Sequence record: OR836606.1
Reading direction: 5' to 3' (one strand)
Length of the DNA stretch: 64,000 nucleotides
From: Staphylococcus phage LY01
The position numbers and the translations under genes are program-made. Shown here piece by piece: positions 28,387 through 38,572 of this stretch. Every line of letters starts with the position of its first letter. Within the stretch, counting starts at the first letter, position 1. Below the pieces are notes generated by a model, which saw only the letters and a list, made by a program, of their open reading frames with translations, was not told the DNA's origin and made no database searches.

Positions 28387-30453
28387 TTAAATAAATATTC
28401 TAGAAACTAAATACTTAGATCTTACCTTTTTAAATTTCTTTTTAAAATCAGGTGTTATATTTTTATTATTATTGATTATATTAATATAACTATCAACTTC
28501 TAATTCATTTTCTTCATTAATATATTCAAATTTATTGTAATATAAAATACTATAGATATATTTATCTTCTTCAAAAGAATTATCTGATAAAGCCAACAAA
28601 TTATAAATCAAAGACATATATTTAGATAAACTTTCCCCATCCAAATCAGTAAAGATATTATCCATATTATTTATAAATTTATTTATATCTTTTCTAAAGA
28701 AATAACTTCCATCATTGATATCCAATTTTTTGTCTGGGTATAGACTGATTTCTCTATGCGAATATAAAAAGATAGTAGCAATATCCTCATCAGTTAATTT
28801 TTTCTTAAAAGTAACTCCTTGCATCATTATTTCTATTTTTTTAATATGCGTCCTATTTCCTATTACAGTAAAATTAATATTAAAGTTATCAAATTCAATA
28901 ATAGCGTTGGAATTTACTTTAGATGCATCATTAAAATTTTCTAATAATTTTTGCTCCATATACTGCATATTATTTTTTAATATATCACGATTTAATTCTT
29001 TTTTCACACTTAACTTATAGAAATATTCCATATTGATTTCGCTAGGTTTCATAAGAAGATTATTTACTTCTCCATTTGTTATGAAATCATCTAATAATGC
29101 AAAAGAGCTATCCTTCAATTTACTTACATCAACATTGGATAAATCTAAATATAATTTTTTAGTGTTATTTTTAAAATAATCAATTATTCTATTCATAACT
29201 TTTTCTTTTGATTCTCTAACATCTCTAATTACAGGCTTATATACACTATCATCTAAAACTTTGTATATACTTCTAATCATTAAAATTTCGAGATCGTCCA
29301 ATTCTATAAAGAAATCAAATAAACTTTCACCTATTAAAATCTTAGATGAGTCTTTTAATAGATTGGTATCATCTTTAATATATTTTCTAAAATTAGATAA
29401 TGTATTGTCAATATAATCTCTCAATATTTTTTCAAGGTCTTCATCTAATTCATTTTCTTTAATTATTAAATTAATATTATCTTCTATATTATCCGAATCA
29501 CTCTGTTCTATAAATTTATTAATAGAATCTGTTTTCATTTTAATACTTCTAATTAAATTAAACATGATTTCAATATCATCATTATTAGATAAAGATAATT
29601 CAGCATTTTCTAAGTGTTTTGGATTTTTATTTAAATAATCCTTATCTATTAAATCTAATATTAATTTGTAATTGATATTAGATGTTAAAGATAATATTGA
29701 TTTCAAAACTTCCGAAATACTTCTATCTACATTGATAATACTTCTATCCATGTTTGATAATTTGAAATCTGACCCTTCATATATGCTATTCGCTAATATA
29801 AATACTACTTCTGGAACTTCTTTAAATATAATATTCATGTCAGGTAATTCTTCATTTTCAATTGAATTTAGCCATTTTTTTCTTAATGAATTAGATACCA
29901 TTGTATCGATAGCTAGTAAAGATTCTAAACTAACTTGTTTATTTTTGTTTAAAAAATCTTTTTTCACATTTTTATCTAAAAATTCTATAGGTAGGCCATT
30001 ATCTGTTTTAAAAATATTAATATTTGTATTTCCATTTCTTAATAAGAAAGAGTCTTCCAATTTGGAGTTATTTTCTATAGATTGATGTATTTGATGTTTA
30101 CTTCTTTTAATTATGTCTACATCGTATATAAAAGATCTGAAAAATTTATCTGTACGACCAATACTATTCTCATCTAATAAATCTCCTTTATCAAGTCTAT
30201 TTATTAGGAAATTAATATATTTATCTTTATATTCATTAGAGCGAGTTAAAAACATATGTGTCATTCCCGCTTTAGAATAATTAATGAAATTTATTAAATT
30301 CTCATATACTCTAGAATTTTGATTATCATTTAATTTATCCCTAGTATTAGTATTTTTTCTATTATACATAGGTTTTAAATTAGAAAATTCTTTATTATAA
30401 ATAGTGACATTAAATAATTTTTCTAATTCATTTTTTACATTCTTATTTAACAT
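28387..30453 (-). CDS. hypothetical protein (688 aa)
   Basis: ORF track. Confidence 0.45.
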   Translation of the reverse strand: MLNKNVKNELEKLFNVTIYNKEFSNLKPMYNRKNTNTRDKLNDNQNSRVYENLINFINYSKAGMTHMFLTRSNEYKDKYINFLINRLDKGDLLDENSIGRTDKFFRSFIYDVDIIKRSKHQIHQSIENNSKLEDSFLLRNGNTNINIFKTDNGLPIEFLDKNVKKDFLNKNKQVSLESLLAIDTMVSNSLRKKWLNSIENEELPDMNIIFKEVPEVVFILANSIYEGSDFKLSNMDRSIINVDRSISEVLKSILSLTSNINYKLILDLIDKDYLNKNPKHLENAELSLSNNDDIEIMFNLIRSIKMKTDSINKFIEQSDSDNIEDNINLIIKENELDEDLEKILRDYIDNTLSNFRKYIKDDTNLLKDSSKILIGESLFDFFIELDDLEILMIRSIYKVLDDSVYKPVIRDVRESKEKVMNRIIDYFKNNTKKLYLDLSNVDVSKLKDSSFALLDDFITNGEVNNLLMKPSEINMEYFYKLSVKKELNRDILKNNMQYMEQKLLENFNDASKVNSNAIIEFDNFNINFTVIGNRTHIKKIEIMMQGVTFKKKLTDEDIATIFLYSHREISLYPDKKLDINDGSYFFRKDINKFINNMDNIFTDLDGESLSKYMSLIYNLLALSDNSFEEDKYIYSILYYNKFEYINEENELEVDSYINIINNNKNITPDFKKKFKKVRSKYLVSRIFI

Positions 30454-30490
30454 CGTTTATTCTCCTTTAAGTAAAAAATTTTAAATATGA

Positions 30491-30524
30491 ACGTCAATGG
30501 ATATTAATATTTATCCATTGACGT
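30491..30524 (-). terminator. terminator hairpin acgtcaatggata...tatccattgacgt downstream of the VWA gene
   Basis: 13 bp inverted repeat. Confidence 0.45.
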
Positions 30525-30535
30525 AAAATTTAAAA

Positions 30536-32461
30536 TTATCTATTATTGTCTATTTTTAATTCCAATACTTTACCTTTTGGCTCTCTAACTGAAAGATTAT
30601 TTTCATTTTCAGTGATAACCCAAATAACATCAGTTAATAGACCATATTCCACTTCAGGTTCACCAAATCCGTCTGAGAAGAATAGTAATGTGTCATCTTT
30701 TGATACTGAATATTTACGTTTATTATCTTTATTATTCAAGAAATTAAATACAGAACTGAAATAAGTTCCACCACGACCCATTACATAATCATTAAATTGA
30801 TTTGGTCTTTTCACTTCAACTACTTCTTCAACATCAGTTGAGAAGAATAATAAAACTAAATCAATTTTCATATCATTACTAATGTAATATAATTCAGCAA
30901 TAATTTCTTCAATTTCATTTCTACTCATTGAACCTGAAGTATCAATAGCTGCAAATAATTTACCTAATTTTCTACCAGGTAAAGTTCCACGTACATCATT
31001 ACGATAAGGTTGTCTTCTATTTCTTCTTAAGATAGTTTTTGTACTAGAAGAACGTTTTTTACCTACCTTAGCTTTAAGATAATCTTGCCATTTAATCTTA
31101 GGTTTACGTTTTAGAATTTCAATTTGTTCTTTAATATGAGCAGGTGTATCACCACGACTGTTATTACTAGCAGTTTCTAATAAATCATATAACTGATCTT
31201 TCATTCTCTCTTCTGTAGCATCTCCTTCAAGAGGATTAGAATCAAATTTATCTGCATATTTAGAATTTCCATCTAAAGAAGATGACATAGCCATATTACT
31301 TCCCATATCAGAAACATTTTGCCCGTCTTGCATACCGCCATCTTCACATTGCATACCTTGAGAACCTTGTTGCATATTATTTTGAATCATTTGATTTAAT
31401 ATATCTGATTTCATTTCTTGTATTTTATCAGATAAATCACTATTGTCTTTACTATCAAATTTATTATCTGAAGTATTATTTCTCATTGAATCTAGTAAAT
31501 CATTCATTTTCTCTTCTATATTTTTCTGATTTTGAGTATCATTACTGTTGTTTTCATCATTTTGATTCATTTCATCTAATTTATTCATATACTCTTGAGC
31601 TTTATTTTCAAAATCATCAACTTTGTTTTCTTCTAATTTGTTATCTTCTAATTTACTAGATAAATCATTTTTATCTTCAATATCTTTTAAATCTTCTAAC
31701 ATGTCTTTCAACATTTCGTTTTCTTCTTTCAATGAATCTTCATCACGTCCATTTTGTTTTTCTGAAGACTCTTGAATCATATTTTGCATAGATTCACCCA
31801 TAGAATCAAATATATCTTCTTCATTATTCTCTTTGTAGACATCTACTAATTTCTTAATATAATAGTGAGAAGCGTCATTATGATTTAATTTAAAATCTGT
31901 TTTATTAAATTTATCTTGAATATATCTTTCAATCTTGTCTACGTTAGGTGCAATTTCAGGTAAAACTTTTTTACTTGTATTAGCTTCACGTTTACCTAAT
32001 TGAAAGTCTTCTTCAATTTCAAATATAGATAAATCCATTCCTAAGTGACTTAACATTTTCAATTGAGAATCTTCTTTATTTCTTAGCATTCTAAATTCAA
32101 TTAAATGTCCATGAGCTACATGGATAACTTCATGTAGGAATATAGAAACTATTTCTTCATCTTTATCAACCATAGTAGCTAATAATACTGGATTAATGCC
32201 AATCTTATAACCTTTTTCTTCATCAAATACTGAAAAAGTTGGTTCTGGAACCTCAATATCAATAATCTTTTCTACAGTCATTAACATTACTCCATAAATA
32301 TCAACATCGGAAGTATATAACACAAAAATACTATTTTCAATTAATTCTTTTCCAAGTTTAGTTAATTTCTTTTTATCTAATTGTCTATCATTTACAATTG
32401 ATTCTTGTACTTCGTCTAATATTTCTTTTCTAATTACTTTAATTGTTCTATTATCGTTCAT
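30536..32461 (-). CDS. VWA-domain protein with N-terminal metallopeptidase-like (HExxH, DUF2201-type) domain and long acidic low-complexity linker; partner of MoxR ATPase
   Basis: HEVIHVAHGH; C-terminal VWA with MIDAS AAIDTSGSMS; start moved to MNDNRTIKVI because the ORF-track N-terminus (32524) is encoded by an intergenic hairpin. Confidence 0.65.
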   Translation of the reverse strand: MNDNRTIKVIRKEILDEVQESIVNDRQLDKKKLTKLGKELIENSIFVLYTSDVDIYGVMLMTVEKIIDIEVPEPTFSVFDEEKGYKIGINPVLLATMVDKDEEIVSIFLHEVIHVAHGHLIEFRMLRNKEDSQLKMLSHLGMDLSIFEIEEDFQLGKREANTSKKVLPEIAPNVDKIERYIQDKFNKTDFKLNHNDASHYYIKKLVDVYKENNEEDIFDSMGESMQNMIQESSEKQNGRDEDSLKEENEMLKDMLEDLKDIEDKNDLSSKLEDNKLEENKVDDFENKAQEYMNKLDEMNQNDENNSNDTQNQKNIEEKMNDLLDSMRNNTSDNKFDSKDNSDLSDKIQEMKSDILNQMIQNNMQQGSQGMQCEDGGMQDGQNVSDMGSNMAMSSSLDGNSKYADKFDSNPLEGDATEERMKDQLYDLLETASNNSRGDTPAHIKEQIEILKRKPKIKWQDYLKAKVGKKRSSSTKTILRRNRRQPYRNDVRGTLPGRKLGKLFAAIDTSGSMSRNEIEEIIAELYYISNDMKIDLVLLFFSTDVEEVVEVKRPNQFNDYVMGRGGTYFSSVFNFLNNKDNKRKYSVSKDDTLLFFSDGFGEPEVEYGLLTDVIWVITENENNLSVREPKGKVLELKIDNNR

Positions 32462-32503
32462 TATCAAATTCACTCTCCTAATTATAAAAAATAAATGAAG
32501 ATA

Positions 32504-32524
32504 ATGGAGACTAATAATCTCCAT
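32504..32524 (-). terminator. intergenic hairpin atggagactaataatctccat followed by U-rich tract; attenuator/terminator between ATPase and VWA genes
   Basis: 8 bp stem immediately after ATPase stop; U-run on minus strand. Confidence 0.35.
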
Positions 32525-32536
32525 TATCTATAATTA

Positions 32537-34087
32537 TTAACCTAAGCTTCCCACCATTTGTTCATATAGTGCAAATGCTTTATCACTGTATAATTCATTA
32601 TCAGTGAATTTTTCATATAATTCTTGGTCTGACTCTTCAGTAGATTCTGAAAGTCTAGAAATTAATCTAATTGGCGTAGCATTAGTTTCAACTTTACCTA
32701 ATAATAAAGCTTCTACAGCAATTTGAATAACTTGTTCTTCAGTTAAATCAGGATTATTTTTAAGATAGTTAATCATTGAAGTTTTTAATGTTAATTGTCT
32801 GATAGTTGATTGACTTTCAATAACTTCAATATGTTGTTTAGCTAATTCTTTACGAGGAACCATTTTACCTTTATCATATTCAAATAAAATATCACTTGGA
32901 CGAGGTAATTTAGCTTGTTTTTCAATATAGAATTTAACAAATAAGTTTGCTAAATCACTATTAATTTTACCTTCAGTGAAGAATTGTAACGTATCTTTCT
33001 TTTTACGTTTTTCTTCTTCTCTATTAGAGAATTTAAATAAATCGTCTTCTTCTAATACATATAACATATTAGAAATCATTTCCCAAGAACGTGGGTTAGT
33101 ATCATTGAAATCTTTACCAGCTTCTTTTTGAGGTCTGAATAAATATTCAGTACTCTCTTTTTCTGTAATAAATTCAACAATTGAAGGATGAATATTTTGT
33201 TTTTCTGAATCGTCTTTATATTTAGTTGCAAAATCTACCCAACTTTCAATATCAGGAACCATGTGTACAAATGTAATACGTGAACTTACAGCGTTATCCA
33301 TAGAAGTTGCTGCGTATTCTGAATCTTCAAACCCTGGCATATCTGAAGACGGGTTTTGTGCTAGTGCAATTTTAACATTAGGTGGTAAATGATAACCGTT
33401 TACTTGACGTTCTAATAAGAAGTTCATTAATTCTGATTGAACTTGTTGATCTGTACGTCCAATTTCATCGATGAATAATAAAGTATAAGGTCTTGGAACT
33501 GCTTCTAAAATTTCTTTAATATAGAAACCTTTACCAATTTTATCTCTTAATTCCTTACCAGTTAAATCTACAAAAATTTCATTCAATTCATCAAACGATT
33601 TTTTCATTAAATCATTTTTATTATATTTAACATTTTTAACTCTAGCTTTGTTAAATACTTTATTAACATAGTTTTCATGAGTATCCTCATAATAATCAAC
33701 AATATCTTTACCAGTCAATTTCACATAAATCTCTTTTAATTCATCAATAGATTTTAAAGAAAGATCTTTACGTGAATATTGTTTTCCACCTTCTTTTTGA
33801 TATTCTTTGTATTTTTCAAAAAGGTCATTAGCTAATTTAATTTTATCCATTGGAGCATAGATAACTTCATTATCCTTCTGTGATAACATTGGTAAAGACA
33901 ACTCCCCTTCTTTAAGGTTATTTGCTGCAATTGTAATGAAGTTCATATTGTCCTCTTCAGCAATATCTCTCATCATTTGTGTTTTACCAATTCCTCCGTC
34001 ACCAACTACGTTAATAATTTCATCTGCTCTAAATGCAGCTCTTACCAATAATTTTGTTTGTGAGTATTTTACTTTTGCCATATCCAA
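32537..34087 (-). CDS. MoxR-like AAA+ ATPase (516 aa) with ~130 aa insertion containing an internal tandem repeat between Walker A and Walker B
   Basis: Walker A VVGDGGIGKT, Walker B LLFIDEIGR, MoxR-type sensor KIALAQNP; repeat KSIDELKEIYVKLTGKDIVDYY / KSFDELNEIFVDLTGKELRDKI. Confidence 0.75.
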   Translation of the reverse strand: MDMAKVKYSQTKLLVRAAFRADEIINVVGDGGIGKTQMMRDIAEEDNMNFITIAANNLKEGELSLPMLSQKDNEVIYAPMDKIKLANDLFEKYKEYQKEGGKQYSRKDLSLKSIDELKEIYVKLTGKDIVDYYEDTHENYVNKVFNKARVKNVKYNKNDLMKKSFDELNEIFVDLTGKELRDKIGKGFYIKEILEAVPRPYTLLFIDEIGRTDQQVQSELMNFLLERQVNGYHLPPNVKIALAQNPSSDMPGFEDSEYAATSMDNAVSSRITFVHMVPDIESWVDFATKYKDDSEKQNIHPSIVEFITEKESTEYLFRPQKEAGKDFNDTNPRSWEMISNMLYVLEEDDLFKFSNREEEKRKKKDTLQFFTEGKINSDLANLFVKFYIEKQAKLPRPSDILFEYDKGKMVPRKELAKQHIEVIESQSTIRQLTLKTSMINYLKNNPDLTEEQVIQIAVEALLLGKVETNATPIRLISRLSESTEESDQELYEKFTDNELYSDKAFALYEQMVGSLG

Positions 34088-34264
34088 ATCTCTCCTTATA
34101 ATTAAAAAATTTTATTTTTGAGTATTAAGATTGATTTCATCTCAATCTCATTAAAATAATATATATTTAAAATATTAGTTGAAATTTTTAGTTTTTTATA
34201 ATATGTCTATTCGAACTTTAACATGCATTTATTATAACAAAATAAGAATGGAAGTGAAATAATT

Positions 34265-36493
34265 TTGCTTATTCGTGATGTAGGAAATAACAATATGGGT
34301 AGAAATGATGTACCTGAAATGTCTGATGAAATAGAATATTCCAAGACGAATAAAATATTACTTAATAATATATCAGAATGGTATTTGTTTGAAAAACAAG
34401 CGATCTTTAGTTTACCATTACTAAAAAAATATGAAAATGTGCTTAAAAGAGATTTAATAGATTATGATTTACCAAAATCATATCACTATAGACCTGAATA
34501 TCTATCTAATGAATTATATGGAACTACAGATCTTTGGTATCTTTTACTTTTCGTCAATGATATGCAAACAGTTGATCAATTTAATACAGATACCGTAAAA
34601 ATTTTTCCAGAGGTTGTCATTAATAGTTTAAATAAGATTATTAATGAAGAAAATGAAATACTGGGCACTGAAAATAACCCTAAACCTATTTTTAAACATA
34701 TGATGAAAAGTACTGAAGAAAAATCAGACAGAGTTACTCCGGGATATAACGATCCTAGAATTATACCATTTGTACCTGAAACTGACTTTGAAGATAAATT
34801 AGAAAATATTACTTCAGATAGATACTTAAGAGAAAGACATGAAGTTCACGAGCATAAATTCTATAGACCTGATACGGATAATAAAGATTTGGTAGAGCCA
34901 TTTACACTTAATAATGATGGTTTAAGAACTCTACCACATCTATTTTACAAAAAAGGTTTTTCACGTAAATTTCAAGGTAAAATGTATTTTAAACCGGGGG
35001 AAAGGTATTTATTTGCGCCTTTACAAAATGGTATGTCTAAATTAAAAATAACAGACCGAAAAGGTTTTAATATAATTAATGCTACAGAGAACTATCAATT
35101 TAAAGCACCTACAGCTATATTTGATTTAAGAAAAGCTAATGATGAAGATGTAAGTCATTCTAATCTTGAATCAACAAGATTATCTTCAGTAAGTTTTAAT
35201 CAAGAAACCGGTTTATATGAAGTTAAAGGAGATATTTTAAGTAAATCTGATAAAGAAGATGAAAATTCTGCATCATTTGTTAAAATAACTTTAGATGATG
35301 AAAATGAAAATCCTAGAATGAATATTAAACGTTTATTAAATTATGATTTCTTTGCATTTAATATGGGGTATTCTACGAACTTTAAAGATAATAATCACCC
35401 TACGGCTAAATTAGTTTATGATATCACATTAACATCAAATACTGGTAAAGTTAAAAAAGTAAAGAATATATTCCCTTCAAATAATAAAAATTATAACACA
35501 CAAGGTCAAAAATCATATCTTAAACATATGATGTACAATATAAAGAATATTAAGAAAATGGAAATAGAAGTTAAATTAACAGATTTCATTGATAATGTTG
35601 ATCCAAATGAAATAATTCAAGTTAGTTTAGATGAATTTGAAATTGCAGGAGTTAGTCATAAAGAATTCGATAATACATTTATTGTAACTAAGGAAGATTG
35701 GTATAATATCGAGCTAGAATATAATTATTCACTTAAAAATCCAGATGGGTCGGATTATTTCTATGATGAAAGTAGATCAGGAATATATTTTAATCCTATG
35801 ATAGTTGCATTGAGATCATATGGTACATTTCCTGTAAAAACTCAAACTTATACTGGATTTTATAATAAAACTTTATCTAAACAATCGTTAGGTAATTATG
35901 GGTATATTAGTTTCATGGAAGGAACAACTAAATTTGATGATGACGCATTGAACTATGTGTATAGTCAAAACTTTAAATTCCCTAAAAATTACATTATGAC
36001 ATTTAAATTAATTAATAAGAATAAAACTGGCGGAGCAGGAATTGTATTCGATTATAATACTCAACTTAATTCAGGTTATATGTTTTGGATATCTTCTCAA
36101 CAAGAAAATTGGGATGTTCCTTACTTTGATTTGAATGATGAAGATGTTATGACAGATCCTGACCGTATCATGAAAACTGGTTTCTATGAAATTGATAAAG
36201 TATTTGGAAAACCTAAAGAATTATTCCAAGATGAATCAGAAAAACAATTATTTGTTACTAATCACGTTCCATTGGATATTAATAATAAATATATTAAAAT
36301 AATTAAAAATGAAAATAGAATTAGAGTATTCATAGATAAGAATAAAAATTTTAATTACCGTAAACCAGATATCGATATTAAAGATATTGAAAATATCAAT
36401 ATGGAAGGTAAAATGGGTTTCATTTCTGCATTTTCAGGTTTAGAAGTCCAATTCGATAGTTATTATGAATATAAAGATAAATATGATGACTAA
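34265..36493 (+). CDS. hypothetical protein (742 aa), likely start MGRNDVPEM at ~34295
   Basis: ORF track; no motif recognised. Confidence 0.5.
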   Translation: MLIRDVGNNNMGRNDVPEMSDEIEYSKTNKILLNNISEWYLFEKQAIFSLPLLKKYENVLKRDLIDYDLPKSYHYRPEYLSNELYGTTDLWYLLLFVNDMQTVDQFNTDTVKIFPEVVINSLNKIINEENEILGTENNPKPIFKHMMKSTEEKSDRVTPGYNDPRIIPFVPETDFEDKLENITSDRYLRERHEVHEHKFYRPDTDNKDLVEPFTLNNDGLRTLPHLFYKKGFSRKFQGKMYFKPGERYLFAPLQNGMSKLKITDRKGFNIINATENYQFKAPTAIFDLRKANDEDVSHSNLESTRLSSVSFNQETGLYEVKGDILSKSDKEDENSASFVKITLDDENENPRMNIKRLLNYDFFAFNMGYSTNFKDNNHPTAKLVYDITLTSNTGKVKKVKNIFPSNNKNYNTQGQKSYLKHMMYNIKNIKKMEIEVKLTDFIDNVDPNEIIQVSLDEFEIAGVSHKEFDNTFIVTKEDWYNIELEYNYSLKNPDGSDYFYDESRSGIYFNPMIVALRSYGTFPVKTQTYTGFYNKTLSKQSLGNYGYISFMEGTTKFDDDALNYVYSQNFKFPKNYIMTFKLINKNKTGGAGIVFDYNTQLNSGYMFWISSQQENWDVPYFDLNDEDVMTDPDRIMKTGFYEIDKVFGKPKELFQDESEKQLFVTNHVPLDINNKYIKIIKNENRIRVFIDKNKNFNYRKPDIDIKDIENINMEGKMGFISAFSGLEVQFDSYYEYKDKYDD

Positions 36494-36506
36494 AAGCAGT
36501 ATAATT

Positions 36507-36546
36507 GAGGTAATGACATATAATTTGTCATTACCTCTTATTTTTT
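36507..36546. terminator. bidirectional terminator: hairpin gaggtaatgacatataatttgtcattacctc plus T-run
   Basis: 14 bp stem, 9 T after it on plus strand; lies between convergent genes. Confidence 0.65.
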
Positions 36547-36559
36547 GCTAAATCAACTT

Positions 36560-36784
36560 TTATTTCATATTTTTTCTAACTAAATAATCTTTTATTTCTT
36601 TAATGTCATATTTTTTAGATACTTCAAACATAAGTTCTCTAAGTTCTTTTAATTCTTTTTCTAGAGAATATTCTTCTTTATCTTTTAATATATCTTTTTC
36701 TACTTGCTTAGCGAATCTAAGTTGCATTCTTGAATAAAGTTCATCCATAGAAGAACCATTATCATTAAAAATATCTGGATTCAT
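36560..36784 (-). CDS. small coiled-coil protein (74 aa), C-terminus ...KEIKDYLVRKNMK
   Basis: ORF track; C-terminal motif related to the paralog-array tail. Confidence 0.45.
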   Translation of the reverse strand: MNPDIFNDNGSSMDELYSRMQLRFAKQVEKDILKDKEEYSLEKELKELRELMFEVSKKYDIKEIKDYLVRKNMK

Positions 36785-36789
36785 AACTG

Positions 36790-37071
36790 TTATTTCCCTC
36801 CATTTTTATATAATAATCTATTATATCGGGATTTTATGCTTCTGTTATTAATTTTTTCTTTAGATAAAGCTTCTTTTAGCTCTTTAATTTTTCTTTCTTT
36901 TTCTTTATTATCTTCAACAACTTTACTAGCCAAAGATAAAGCTTTATCAACTCTATTATTTAAATTATAAAATTTCTCTTCTGCTTTCTTAGTTCTAGCT
37001 ATAGTTTTCTTTACCGTATTGATAAATTCTTCTGAACTAATTATTCTTTTAATAGCATTCATATACTTCAT
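36790..37071 (-). CDS. small coiled-coil protein (93 aa)
   Basis: ORF track. Confidence 0.4.
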   Translation of the reverse strand: MKYMNAIKRIISSEEFINTVKKTIARTKKAEEKFYNLNNRVDKALSLASKVVEDNKEKERKIKELKEALSKEKINNRSIKSRYNRLLYKNGGK

Positions 37072-37075
37072 TCCT

Positions 37076-37351
37076 TTATTTAAGATTATCTCTGATAAAA
37101 TTCTTTAAATACTTTTTAGTTACTTCAGAATGTGAATTTAATTCGTTAGAAAGACGAACTAATTCTAGTTTCACTTCATTCAATTTCTTTTCATTAGTTT
37201 GATTAGAACTTTCTATTCTATTAATTAATGTACATATGATATCATTTAAATAATGATAATTATCTTTCATAGTATTTAATTTAATTTCATTCATTCTAGT
37301 ACGTTCTTCTAATTCGTCCATACGCTTAATTAAACTTTTTTCATTATTCAA
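37076..37351 (-). CDS. small coiled-coil protein (91 aa)
   Basis: ORF track. Confidence 0.4.
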   Translation of the reverse strand: MNNEKSLIKRMDELEERTRMNEIKLNTMKDNYHYLNDIICTLINRIESSNQTNEKKLNEVKLELVRLSNELNSHSEVTKKYLKNFIRDNLK

Positions 37352-37371
37352 AATAAAATCACATCTCTTTA

Positions 37372-37620
37372 TTATTTAAAGTTTTCTTTAACAATTTCGT
37401 TAGACAATTTATTTATATAATCATTCTTAAATTCTGTATGCTTAGAAATTGACACTATTGCTTCTTTAAGAAGTTTATTTTCTTTTTTAAGATTTTCATT
37501 ATATGCATAAAGATTATTTACAGCTTTATTTAATTTTTCAATTTCAAAATTAAGACGATCTAAATTAGCTATGCTCCTAAATTCAATAGTTTTCAATTTT
37601 TCTTTAATTTCTTTATCCAT
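37372..37620 (-). CDS. small coiled-coil protein (82 aa), C-terminus ...NEIVKENFK
   Basis: ORF track. Confidence 0.45.
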   Translation of the reverse strand: MDKEIKEKLKTIEFRSIANLDRLNFEIEKLNKAVNNLYAYNENLKKENKLLKEAIVSISKHTEFKNDYINKLSNEIVKENFK

Positions 37621-37632
37621 TTTTAATCACCC

Positions 37633-38088
37633 TTATTTAATTAATTTAAATAAATTACGTCCAAATTCCTTATACTTTTTATTTTCTAATATACTGAAAT
37701 CAACTAAGCTGCTATCAACTCTAAGTAAATATATTGAATCATCTTTTTTATTTTTATTATTTAATATAAAACTTCCAAAATAGATATTACCTTCATTAGG
37801 TTTTTCTTTTTTAACGTTTACTGCATTTTCATTAAATTCAAATTTATAAATGAAACCTAGTAATTGTATTGGACCGTTTTTAAATATATGATAATCGAAA
37901 TTATTTTCAAATTTATGGTCTTCATTATTAATTTTCTCAATTAATTCATCTTTAATAACTTCATTATAAAAAGATTCATCCACTTGACTTAATGGCCTTA
38001 AATATGATTCTTCATCTACCTTTGGTTCTAACATTTTAATTTTTTGATCTAAAGTTAATTCTTTGGCAATAACTTTTTCATTTGACAT
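37633..38088 (-). CDS. hypothetical protein (151 aa)
   Basis: ORF track. Confidence 0.4.
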   Translation of the reverse strand: MSNEKVIAKELTLDQKIKMLEPKVDEESYLRPLSQVDESFYNEVIKDELIEKINNEDHKFENNFDYHIFKNGPIQLLGFIYKFEFNENAVNVKKEKPNEGNIYFGSFILNNKNKKDDSIYLLRVDSSLVDFSILENKKYKEFGRNLFKLIK

Positions 38089-38276
38089 TATTTTAAATTC
38101 TCCTTAACAATTTCATTTACTATTTTATTTAATTCCTTTTCATCATAACCACTATTCTTTTTAATATTAATTATAAATTTTTTTAATTCTTTATTTTCTT
38201 CTTTTATCTTATTTGTATAGAAATTATCTATGCTCATGGAAATACCTTTTGAATTTACGTTTATAATTGAAGACAT
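38088..38276 (-). CDS. small protein (62 aa), C-terminus ...NEIVKENLK
   Basis: ORF track. Confidence 0.4.
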   Translation of the reverse strand: MSSIINVNSKGISMSIDNFYTNKIKEENKELKKFIINIKKNSGYDEKELNKIVNEIVKENLK

Positions 38277-38288
38277 CTTAAATTCCCC

Positions 38289-38552
38289 TTACATGAATTT
38301 TTTATTTAAATCTTTATAAATTAATTTTTTTAATTCTTTTCTATCATATTTATTTTCTTGATATAGTTTAAAAAGGAAACGATTGAGTTCCCTATTCTCT
38401 TCTTTAAGTTTATTAATCTCATCAATTTTATCTCGCCCTGATAAATTTCTACCTATACTATTTATATTTTTAGAAATATTATTCATTGCTGCTTGTAAAT
38501 GATTTTTATTAATTTTACTACTCGCATTATTATTATTATTATTATTATCCAC
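38289..38552 (-). CDS. small protein (87 aa) with N-terminal poly-Asn
   Basis: ORF track. Confidence 0.35.
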   Translation of the reverse strand: MDNNNNNNNASSKINKNHLQAAMNNISKNINSIGRNLSGRDKIDEINKLKEENRELNRFLFKLYQENKYDRKELKKLIYKDLNKKFM

Positions 38553-38572
38553 TTATATCATCCTTATACATA

